A stretch of DNA of 64,000 nt, taken from the IMG/VR virus record IMGVR_UViG_3300035562_000082, positions 53,595 through 117,594 of that record, one strand, 5' to 3'. The position numbers were made by a program, and so were the translations under genes. The notes below the pieces were generated by a model, which was given only the letters and a program-made list of their open reading frames with translations, was not told the origin of the DNA and made no database searches. Positions 8,602 to 16,195 of this stretch are shown one piece after another (the stretch's first letter is position 1; the number at the start of each line of letters is the position of its first letter). The DNA is from a virus. Its lineage: Duplodnaviria > Caudoviricetes.

Positions 8602-8616
8602 GGGCTGTGTTATGCT
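8588..8616 (+). promoter_or_regulatory. sigma70-type promoter TTGACA-N17-TATGCT
   Basis: Perfect -35, 17 bp spacer, paralogous to the promoter at 2636. Confidence 0.75.
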
Positions 8617-8650
8617 ACGAGTATTGAACGCCGTCTGATCAAGGGAGTGA

Positions 8651-9616
8651 GTGGTGGCGTTGGCGGACAAACAACAGCAGTTCTTCAACCACGTATTGGC
8701 CAAGGATCACGCCACTACATTGGCTAGGATCCCGCTGTTGGTCAATGATCATCACGTGGAGTTCGACATTCAGTTGTACTCGATCAAGGCCATGATCAAC
8801 GGCGTGGGTTCGGCCGTGCATTTGAAATCCAGCACCAACAGCATGATGAAATGCCTGGGTCTACCGTCGGTGCCGACGGAGGTCCTGGTCTCGCAGAAGA
8901 TGGTCGCGGGGTTCATCGACAGTTACTACGAGAAGGTCACGGGGTTGGCGGTTAATGTGCCGGTGTCGGATATTCCGGTTGCGGGAAAATCCATGAAGTT
9001 CATGGACCCCACTAAGTTGATGCCCGATGCGAAGCTGAAGATCGTGCAACCGTGGACTATGGCGGATGTTGGGGAAAAGCCCACCAAGGGTATTGCCGCA
9101 GCGGTTGATGGTGAAAACGGTGGAACTGTTGCGACAGGAGGTCAGCAAGCGGGTAAATCCACGGCTGTTCACATAGGTAAAACCTTGGCTGGAGGTATGG
9201 ATCTTGAACAGGCAGCAGCGGTGGCCAAATCAGCGGAGAAGCATGAGTCGGTGTCCAAGCAACCGGCGTGCAAGCCCGGGGTGGTCAAGTTGGCGGACGC
9301 CGAGGCCCTAGGGCAGAGGGTTTACGGTACGAACGAAGGTTCGATCTACAGGTTGATCGCCGCCAATCAACGAGTGAAGGTCGCGGCCAGGGTCAAGGGC
9401 CATCAACTGTCGATCCGGGTGGAGGTCAAAGCCGCGTTGGTGCCGGAGATTATCAACATCAAGAACAGCGGTGTCACGTGGCATGAACAGGGTTACGGGT
9501 CGCTGCATCTGGGGTGCAATGGTATGCCGGTGTCGAAAGTCCTGGGGGCGTATCTCTATGGCCTGGGTATCCACTTTGATCGTGTGCTGGCCCCTGGTGA
9601 AGAGGTACCGGTGTGA
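8651..9616 (+). CDS. Hypothetical protein
   Basis: 321 aa ORF after a promoter and GGGAG RBS. Confidence 0.7.
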   Translation: MVALADKQQQFFNHVLAKDHATTLARIPLLVNDHHVEFDIQLYSIKAMINGVGSAVHLKSSTNSMMKCLGLPSVPTEVLVSQKMVAGFIDSYYEKVTGLAVNVPVSDIPVAGKSMKFMDPTKLMPDAKLKIVQPWTMADVGEKPTKGIAAAVDGENGGTVATGGQQAGKSTAVHIGKTLAGGMDLEQAAAVAKSAEKHESVSKQPACKPGVVKLADAEALGQRVYGTNEGSIYRLIAANQRVKVAARVKGHQLSIRVEVKAALVPEIINIKNSGVTWHEQGYGSLHLGCNGMPVSKVLGAYLYGLGIHFDRVLAPGEEVPV

Positions 9617-9846
9617 GTGTTCAAAAGCCATGGATTATTACACTTGAGGGTGATAGTGTGGTTATTCGTCGTCGGGGTAAGCCTGGGCGTATTCGTATTG
9701 ACGCTGAGGACAAACATTTTGTTGTCGGTGTTTATGAAGATCTTGACTTCGGTGAAAAAGAACCGGAATTGAATACGTCGATAACGATTGAGTACAGTGA
9801 ACTTGAGGTTTTGAGAGATGAAGACCACAAGTCCACAGGCGCGTAA
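9613..9846 (+). CDS. Hypothetical protein
   Basis: Start/stop overlap with the previous gene. Confidence 0.5.
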   Translation: MSVQKPWIITLEGDSVVIRRRGKPGRIRIDAEDKHFVVGVYEDLDFGEKEPELNTSITIEYSELEVLRDEDHKSTGA

Positions 9847-10039
9847 ACTACTGACGGCGTTGAACAGCACGTCCGTGGGCGCGGAGGTCAAGTTGGATCT
9901 ACCGAGTCTGATACCGGCGTTGCCGTCCAAGGTGCAGGCGATGTTGACCGAGGCCGAGCCCGGCAAGAACTACAGGCTGTCGCTTTGTTGGTGCGGGGTG
10001 TTGTTGACCGACGTGTGGGTGGAGGTCAAGGACGGCTAG
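9818..10039 (+). CDS. Hypothetical protein
   Basis: Co-oriented small ORF in a tightly packed run. Confidence 0.55.
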   Translation: MKTTSPQARKLLTALNSTSVGAEVKLDLPSLIPALPSKVQAMLTEAEPGKNYRLSLCWCGVLLTDVWVEVKDG

Positions 10040-10056
10040 TTGAAAGCGGAGGTCAT

Positions 10057-10443
10057 GTGAAAACCCCGGATACACTGCTATGGGCAGTGGCGGATACACT
10101 GCAATTGAAATTGCATCTGCTGGGCAAGGGCTTTCAGGCGACGGCGATGCGCGACGTACAGGTTGGGTTGTGGAAGCTCCAGCTTGACCTCGTGGCGCGA
10201 TCGGACGTACTGGAAGAGCAGTGTGCGGCGTTTCTGGTGCATGTGCTGGGCTGCCTGTGGATGTATGTGGTGGCGACCGAGGGTAAGATCGTGGTCACGG
10301 CCTTTGATGGCCCGGCAGTGGGTCTGCGGGTGAAAACCTTGGGGGGCTATGGTATGGGTTCAGTGCCCGGGACGTTGAAGAAGATCGGGCCGGGGATCAA
10401 GCAGAAGTTCGAGTTCAATGGCGAGACCTGGGATACGCTATGA
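10057..10443 (+). CDS. Hypothetical protein
   Basis: GGAGG RBS before GTG; coupled to the next gene. Confidence 0.6.
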   Translation: MKTPDTLLWAVADTLQLKLHLLGKGFQATAMRDVQVGLWKLQLDLVARSDVLEEQCAAFLVHVLGCLWMYVVATEGKIVVTAFDGPAVGLRVKTLGGYGMGSVPGTLKKIGPGIKQKFEFNGETWDTL

Positions 10444-10658
10444 CCGCGCTTAAAAGACTGGAGATCATTGAACATCGTAGCAAGGACTTGCAGCGACAGC
10501 TTGATGATATGTATACGCAGTTGAAGAATAAAAAACTTGATCCCGCGTTTTTAGCGTGTTTATTTCATGGCACGTCAGGTCATTTGTCTGCGATTAACGG
10601 GCACGCGAGCTTGTTGAAAGAGGAGTTGGAGAAGGTCCTTGGGAGGAGCGATGGCTGA
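10440..10658 (+). CDS. Hypothetical coiled-coil protein
   Basis: ATGA overlap with the previous stop. Confidence 0.55.
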   Translation: MTALKRLEIIEHRSKDLQRQLDDMYTQLKNKKLDPAFLACLFHGTSGHLSAINGHASLLKEELEKVLGRSDG

Positions 10659-10797
10659 AACTATGCCTTGTATGTGCGGGCATTCGATCGAAGAACATCA
10701 TGGGGGTGACCCACAATATCCAGGTTCAACCGCGTGCACCGAGTGTGAGTGCATTGCGTATGAGGCCGACGACCCCGATACGGTGGTGGAGACATGA
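10651..10797 (+). CDS. Small Cys/His (Zn-finger-like) protein
   Basis: MAETMPCMCGHSIEEH...CTECEC; GGAGG RBS; below the ORF-track cutoff. Confidence 0.55.
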   Translation: MAETMPCMCGHSIEEHHGGDPQYPGSTACTECECIAYEADDPDTVVET

Positions 10798-10994
10798 AGG
10801 TCTTTACCTGCAAGTCCACGGGGGTGATCCTTGGGTACTATGCAGTGGTGGCGGCTCACGATCATCAGCAGGCCCTGACGTTGGTGAACGAACGGATGGA
10901 AGCCCTGGGTTTACGTCCGGCAAAAGCGGATGAGCTTCAGGAATTTGAGACCAATGTTCCGAATGTGGAGACGCTGTTCGATGGAGACTACTGA
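10794..10994 (+). CDS. Hypothetical protein
   Basis: ATGA overlap, GGAG RBS. Confidence 0.6.
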   Translation: MKVFTCKSTGVILGYYAVVAAHDHQQALTLVNERMEALGLRPAKADELQEFETNVPNVETLFDGDY

Positions 10995-11262
10995 AGATTG
11001 GAAACTGGAGTACATGTTGCTTCGGGAAGTTCCTGGGATTGGTCTGTGCGGGATCAAGCCCATGATGTTCACCTACAGTTTGGTGGTGCGTCTGGATGAA
11101 ATGGGGTATCAGTGGCGGTATTGTTATGAGTATGCGGCTGATGCAGTGGCGGCGATTAAACAGTGGGATGGTAAGGATCATCCGCCCGGACCGTGGATCA
11201 AGCTCAAGGGCCTGGGTATGCCCGAGCTTCTTGGACCAGGAGCAGGTGATGGCCACGTTTAA
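10981..11262 (+). CDS. Hypothetical protein
   Basis: Packed ORF; RYCY...WDG-x-DHPPGPWIK. Confidence 0.6.
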   Translation: METTEDWKLEYMLLREVPGIGLCGIKPMMFTYSLVVRLDEMGYQWRYCYEYAADAVAAIKQWDGKDHPPGPWIKLKGLGMPELLGPGAGDGHV

Positions 11263-11503
11263 TGACCGGCGGACGATCGATCGACTGATGGCCAACGACG
11301 GGTGGCTGCCTGAGTGCGGGGATCGTACGGCGCCGGATAATCCACCGGTAATCAGGATCGTTGAGTACATGAACATGGAGGGCCGGCTTGCGTGGGGTGT
11401 GGTGTTCGACGGCGAGCGAGATCCCTACAGGTACGAGCGACCATCGGAGTACATTTACGAACCCAGGGTGATCTGGGTGCGATCTGGAAGGAGTAGATTA
11501 TGA
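11249..11503 (+). CDS. Hypothetical protein
   Basis: AGGAG RBS, packed ORF. Confidence 0.55.
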   Translation: MATFNDRRTIDRLMANDGWLPECGDRTAPDNPPVIRIVEYMNMEGRLAWGVVFDGERDPYRYERPSEYIYEPRVIWVRSGRSRL

Positions 11504-11721
11504 TCACCAGAGCCGAGCATCTAGCGTGGTGTAAGCAACGTGCACTTGCGTACGTGGAGGCCGGGCAACCTCAAGAGGGCTTGACCTCGATGTTCAGTGA
11601 CCTGGAGAAGCATCCGGAGACCCAGGGACATCCGGGTTCACGCATTGGCCTGGGGTTGATGATGATCGGAGATCTTGCGACGGCCGATAAGGCACGGCGG
11701 TTCATCGAGGGCTTCAACTGA
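11500..11721 (+). CDS. Hypothetical protein
   Basis: AAGGAG RBS; coupled overlaps on both sides. Confidence 0.65.
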   Translation: MITRAEHLAWCKQRALAYVEAGQPQEGLTSMFSDLEKHPETQGHPGSRIGLGLMMIGDLATADKARRFIEGFN

Positions 11722-12002
11722 TGCTTGAACTTGGCCAAACGCTGCGGATGGACCCTAGTGTGTGTCCGGTGTGCGGGCGAGGAATCACGGCCGCAACGTG
11801 TGCTACCGGTCAGCATGCGCCAAAGCCAGAGGACTTGACCGTGTGCTTTGGCTGTTTGATGGTCTTGAAGTACGATCAACAGCTACGGCCGGTCAAGTTG
11901 CCGGACGAGGAGCTATGGGCGCTGCCGTTGGATATGCTGGAGGACATTCAAGCACTCCAGCATAAACTGGAGCAGGTTAAGCGCCGGGAGAACAGAACAT
12001 GA
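11721..12002 (+). CDS. Hypothetical Zn-ribbon protein
   Basis: CPVC...CFGC. Confidence 0.6.
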   Translation: MLELGQTLRMDPSVCPVCGRGITAATCATGQHAPKPEDLTVCFGCLMVLKYDQQLRPVKLPDEELWALPLDMLEDIQALQHKLEQVKRRENRT

Positions 12003-12244
12003 AGACCCGGGACATGACGGTCGAAGAACTTCATCAGTGGTATCCGGGGTTGTCGAATCCGGATAGTCCGGTGTTGGCCAACGGTATAGAGCGTGATCGG
12101 GAGTTCATGCTTAGGCGTACGCGTAAGACCTGCCCACCGTGTATCAAGTCCGAGAACTGTGCGGTTGATCAAGTGTGTTTGCAACATGAGTTTCAGGCCA
12201 AGGGCGGGCTGCCGGGGATCAACAGCAGGGAATGCCAAGGGTAG
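11999..12244 (+). CDS. Hypothetical Cys-containing protein
   Basis: ATGA overlap. Confidence 0.5.
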   Translation: MKTRDMTVEELHQWYPGLSNPDSPVLANGIERDREFMLRRTRKTCPPCIKSENCAVDQVCLQHEFQAKGGLPGINSRECQG

Positions 12245-12247
12245 ATC

Positions 12248-14650
12248 GTGCTGTTGTTGTGGACGGTCCATCCATCTAGTCGAGCGCTCACGGCCGTCGG
12301 GCAGGTAATCCGTTATCACCAGGATCTGGAGGTCCAGGTACAGAACGACATGCAGGCCATCCCCAATCCTCCGGGGTTGCATGTGCTGTTGGCCATGGGC
12401 GGGGAGCCGCTGGAGGTCCTGCGTGGACAGAAGATCGTACAGAAGAACCGTACGATCACCAGCCTCAGGAATCAACCGATCGTCCTGCCCAATACTCAGG
12501 CCCGGGGGTTGATCACCTACAGTCCGGAGATCTCGGAATTCGACTACGGGCACTTCGTGGACCTTCAGTGCGATGTGGGGGCGGCCATCAGGTTGGCGAA
12601 GACCGGGACAATAGAACCTCAATTAGGAGACTATCAGTACGTACCGGATCTCCAGCAGGTTCGTCAAGACCTGGAGAACCATTATCAACACCTACAGCAC
12701 CCGGTGGACCTGGGGTTCGACACCGAGACCCGAGGGTTGGATCCGCTGGCCAAGGCCAAGCCCGATTGTCCACCGGGGTACATCATCAGTCTTCAGGTAG
12801 CGCATTTACCTGGACGTGCACAGGTTGTGTACTTTGAGAGCCTACAGCAGTTTACTCAGTGGCTGACCACGGGCACGAACCGACAGGACCTACAGTGGTT
12901 GTTGACCACGAACAAGATCAAGCTCAAGGGCGCGAACGGCAAGTACGATCTCAACTGGATCTACCAGCACACGGGTATCGAGTGCACGAACTACGTGTTC
13001 GACACCACGTTGGTGGGCAGCCTGTTGGACGAGAACCGATCGAACGGCCTGGACGTACACACCAAGATCTACGCACCGGCCCTTGGGGGCTACAGCGATG
13101 AGTTCGACCGCACGACCGACAAGAACCGCATGGACCTCGTACCACCGACCAAGCTTCTACCGTATGCAGCGGCGGACGCTGATGCTGTGCTCCAGGTGGC
13201 GGCGGTCATGCGCGAGCAACTACTACAGGATCCGGCGCTCACACGGTTCTACGTTCATCTACTGCATCCAGCGGCTAGGGCGTTTGAAGTGGTCGAGCGC
13301 ACGGGCATCCTGGTCGATCAACAGGCCATGGCCGAGCTTAGATCGGACTTGAACACCGAGATTCTGCAATTGATTGCCAAGGCCAAAGGGATTTTAGGTG
13401 GTCGAGTGATCGCCAAACACGGTGATCCGGAGAAGCTTGGTGGGCTTAACCTCACAAAGCCCAGTATGTTGTGCGACTTCATGTTCAGCCCTATGGGGTT
13501 GAACCTCACGCCCAGGCTGATGACCGCTGGTGGACCGGAGGGCAAGGGCGAGAAGAAACCCGCCACGTCCATGGAACACCTGATGATGTTCGAGGACGTA
13601 CCGGAGGCCCAGGAGTTTGTGCGGTTGATGAAGGACTATGGGAGCGCCACCAAGACCCTGAGTACGTACGTGATGAACACCGAGGGCACAAAGGGGTTCA
13701 TGACGTTCCTGCGATCGGACGGACGATTTCACCCGAGCTATTGGTTCTTCGTCGGCAACAAGGACGAGGATGAGGGCGGGGCGGTAACCGGTCGGTTGTC
13801 GTGCAGGGATCCGGCGTTTCAAACAGTGCCGAAGCTCACGAAGTGGGCGAAGAGAATCCGCAGGTGTTATCCAGCACCACCCGGGTATGTGGTGGTGGAG
13901 ATGGATTTCGTACAGGGCGAGTTGATGGTCATTGCCTGCTTGGCGAATGAACCGAAGATGATCCAGGCGTTCCTGGAGAACAAGGATATGCATGTGCTGA
14001 CCGGTAGCTCGATCGCCGGCATGACCTACGAACAGGTGCTGGCGCTCAAGCACACAGAGCCCGTGAAGTACGAACACATACGGTATCAGGCAAAGCCCGC
14101 GAACTTTGGATTGATCTACGGGCAGTTTGAGGAAGGGTTTAAGCGGTTTGCAGAGTTAAATTATGAACTAAAGATGTCGCTTGAGCGTGCAAAGGAGATT
14201 CGGAATGGTTTTTTTGAGTTGTATGAGGGATTGGTAAAGTACCATAAAGAAATCAAGGCGTTTGCGCACAGACATGGTCACGTGCGTAGTCCCCTTGGTA
14301 GAATCCGGCACCTGCCGTTGATCAACAGCAAGAACAACGTGATCAGACAGCATGCAGAGCGTCAGGCGGTCAACAGCCCGACGCAGGCCACGTTGTCGGA
14401 CATGCTGTTGCTGACCATTGCGTTGGAGCACCAGCAGGGGTTGTTCAAGCACGCACCGTGCTTTGCGGCTGTTCATGATGCCAAGTACTCGTACGTGCTG
14501 GAAGATCAGGTGACGACGGTCGTACCGCAGATGGTGGAGATCATGGAGCACCTGCCGTTTGAGAAATTCAACTGGAAGCCGCAGTTGGCGTTCAAGGCCG
14601 ACGTGAAGGTCGGGCTGAACATGGCGGATCTCAAGGAGTGGGTACAATGA
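12248..14650 (+). CDS. DNA polymerase, family A, with 3'-5' exonuclease domain
   Basis: ExoI FDTET, ExoII NGKYD, ExoIII YAAADA; TGRLS; motif A DFVQGEL, motif B RYQAKPANFGLIYG, NSPTQ, motif C VHD. Confidence 0.92.
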   Translation: MLLLWTVHPSSRALTAVGQVIRYHQDLEVQVQNDMQAIPNPPGLHVLLAMGGEPLEVLRGQKIVQKNRTITSLRNQPIVLPNTQARGLITYSPEISEFDYGHFVDLQCDVGAAIRLAKTGTIEPQLGDYQYVPDLQQVRQDLENHYQHLQHPVDLGFDTETRGLDPLAKAKPDCPPGYIISLQVAHLPGRAQVVYFESLQQFTQWLTTGTNRQDLQWLLTTNKIKLKGANGKYDLNWIYQHTGIECTNYVFDTTLVGSLLDENRSNGLDVHTKIYAPALGGYSDEFDRTTDKNRMDLVPPTKLLPYAAADADAVLQVAAVMREQLLQDPALTRFYVHLLHPAARAFEVVERTGILVDQQAMAELRSDLNTEILQLIAKAKGILGGRVIAKHGDPEKLGGLNLTKPSMLCDFMFSPMGLNLTPRLMTAGGPEGKGEKKPATSMEHLMMFEDVPEAQEFVRLMKDYGSATKTLSTYVMNTEGTKGFMTFLRSDGRFHPSYWFFVGNKDEDEGGAVTGRLSCRDPAFQTVPKLTKWAKRIRRCYPAPPGYVVVEMDFVQGELMVIACLANEPKMIQAFLENKDMHVLTGSSIAGMTYEQVLALKHTEPVKYEHIRYQAKPANFGLIYGQFEEGFKRFAELNYELKMSLERAKEIRNGFFELYEGLVKYHKEIKAFAHRHGHVRSPLGRIRHLPLINSKNNVIRQHAERQAVNSPTQATLSDMLLLTIALEHQQGLFKHAPCFAAVHDAKYSYVLEDQVTTVVPQMVEIMEHLPFEKFNWKPQLAFKADVKVGLNMADLKEWVQ

Positions 14651-15207
14651 CCGTCAAGAAGATCTTTCTGGGGCCTGTGGTGGGGATTGATGAACCAATG
14701 ACGGCAGAAAAGATAGTTAAAGCCGAGTTGTCTAAGGCATTGGCAAAGTTAGCGGATACTGCGATGATGTCCCTTGGACAAGGGTTTCAGACGTTCGACA
14801 ACACGCCCGAGGGTGAAGTTGCGTATCTCAAGACCAAGGTCACGCATTTGGAGATCATCATTGCGGAGTTCGTGGATAAACAGAGAGCGCAGTATCAACA
14901 TTTGATTGACTACACGCAGACGCAGGTGATGGAGCGTCTACAGGAGTTGGAGAACAATAGTGCGCCTCAAGTACTGTTTGCTCGACTTGAGGAGCTAGCG
15001 CTAGGACAAAAACAAGAAATAGATGTTGTTAGCAAGTACTGCGAACGACTGGAGATGCTGGAGGAACAAACTGCGGGCACGAACGCCAAGGTATTGGAGT
15101 TGGCAACCGAACTTTTTGCAAAGTGGGTTGCCTGCACCACACGGATTGAGCTTTTGGAACAACGGGTCCATGAGATTCAGCAGTTTTTGGTGCTCAAGAC
15201 GGCTTGA
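14647..15207 (+). CDS. Hypothetical coiled-coil protein
   Basis: ATGA overlap with the polymerase stop; heptad-rich. Confidence 0.65.
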   Translation: MTVKKIFLGPVVGIDEPMTAEKIVKAELSKALAKLADTAMMSLGQGFQTFDNTPEGEVAYLKTKVTHLEIIIAEFVDKQRAQYQHLIDYTQTQVMERLQELENNSAPQVLFARLEELALGQKQEIDVVSKYCERLEMLEEQTAGTNAKVLELATELFAKWVACTTRIELLEQRVHEIQQFLVLKTA

Positions 15208-15379
15208 CTTTGCGATTGAACTGCGCGGCCGATTCGTACGTGAGTTGTGGGAACGTCGAAGAGTGATTGGTTTTGCGTGCGGGCAGAAACGCCAGCAGCC
15301 AGATCAGTCCGCAGGCAAGGAACGGCGTGAGACAGAAGCCGATGATCAGCGCCCAGGTAGGTCCGTCGGATAAGAACAT
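15194..15379 (-). CDS. Small membrane protein downstream of the pilin
   Basis: Long hydrophobic N-terminal segment; co-oriented with the pilin. Confidence 0.5.
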   Translation of the reverse strand: MFLSDGPTWALIIGFCLTPFLACGLIWLLAFLPARKTNHSSTFPQLTYESAAQFNRKVKPS

Positions 15380-15397
15380 GGTGGTCTTTCGTTTAGG

Positions 15398-15487
15398 TTG
15401 ATGGGGGCCGGTTATTCGATACCGGCAAACGTCGGCTCTCGTTTTTCGCCGATGTCATCGCAGCTTAGGGTGTGCGTGCCCGCCCAA
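15398..15487 (-). ncRNA. Putative structured RNA (three hairpins with a closing stem)
   Basis: Minus-strand stems CGCA/TGCG, TCGGC/GCCGA, GCCGG/CCGGC, enclosed by TTGGGCGGG...CCCCATCAA. Confidence 0.3.
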
Positions 15488-15488
15488 A

Positions 15489-15962
15489 TTAATGCTGGCA
15501 GGTCGCGGGTAGGAACGGATAGGCCGCAACGATAGCACCAGCGGCCGTACCATTGGCAGCCGTGGACGTACCGCAGGTCCAGGTCACCGTACCATCGGCA
15601 TTGCCAACGCCGAAGATCCCCAGGAACTTGCCGTCAAGGGTCGAGCCCGTAGCGCCGACGGTCGTTACTACGCCAGCCACCGTGGCACTGGCTTGGTTGT
15701 AGGAAATGGCGGTCATGTACTTGACGTTGGACGGCAGGGTGGTGCTGACCGGGCTGGCGGTAGTCGCCGGGAACGCCCCTTGCGATTGATAGGCTTCCGT
15801 CAGCGCGATCTTCGCGGCATCCAGGAACGTGATTTCCTCGGTGACCTTTGAGCGCGTCAGGTAGTTTTGATACTGCGGCAGGGCGATGGCCGCCAGGATG
15901 CCGATGATGGCAACCACGATCATCAACTCGATGAGCGTGAAGCCCGTTTGTTTACGTTGCAT
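15489..15962 (-). CDS. pilA: Type IVa major pilin
   Basis: [34 protein letters not shown] class III signal with E5; C-terminal Cys pair (WTCG...ATCQH); GAGGGA RBS before ATG 15962. Confidence 0.93.
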   Translation of the reverse strand: MQRKQTGFTLIELMIVVAIIGILAAIALPQYQNYLTRSKVTEEITFLDAAKIALTEAYQSQGAFPATTASPVSTTLPSNVKYMTAISYNQASATVAGVVTTVGATGSTLDGKFLGIFGVGNADGTVTWTCGTSTAANGTAAGAIVAAYPFLPATCQH

Positions 15963-16008
15963 AGTCTGTCCCTCAGGTTTCCGGCTTATTGCCGGCAGGA
16001 AGATAGTA

Positions 16009-16024
16009 AGCAATGACCGTGCCA
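16009..16024 (-). promoter_or_regulatory. sigma54 (RpoN) -24/-12 promoter of the pilin gene
   Basis: Minus strand reads TGGCACGGTCATTGCT, matching TGGCAC-N5-TTGC. Confidence 0.85.
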
Positions 16025-16077
16025 GGAGCTAAGTACTTGAGTTGCAAAGGCTTTTGATTTCCTAGCCAAGTGGATGA

Positions 16078-16135
16078 TGACAAATTGCGTCACCTTGAGT
16101 GACGTAGCTTGTCACGTGGGTGACGTACATTGGCA
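16078..16135. promoter_or_regulatory. Tandem TGAC-N7-GTCA palindromes, putative enhancer-binding protein (PilR-type) sites
   Basis: TGACAAATTGCGTCA (16078), TGACGTAGCTTGTCA (16100), TGACGTACATTGGCA (16121), phased at 21-22 bp upstream of the sigma54 promoter. Confidence 0.6.
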
Positions 16136-16195
16136 ATTGATTGCCCGGAGGGGTTGGGTGGCGTAGACTGCCGGCGTTCACACAATGGGGTGCGT

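Noticed and set aside
15398-15487. tRNA gene
   Set aside because: Cloverleaf-like but lacks a properly placed T-loop, D-loop consensus and 7-bp acceptor stem
15963-16013. 17 aa N-terminal extension of the pilin in the ORF track
   Set aside because: The TTG lies within the sigma54 -12 box; RBS and prepilin leader support ATG 15962
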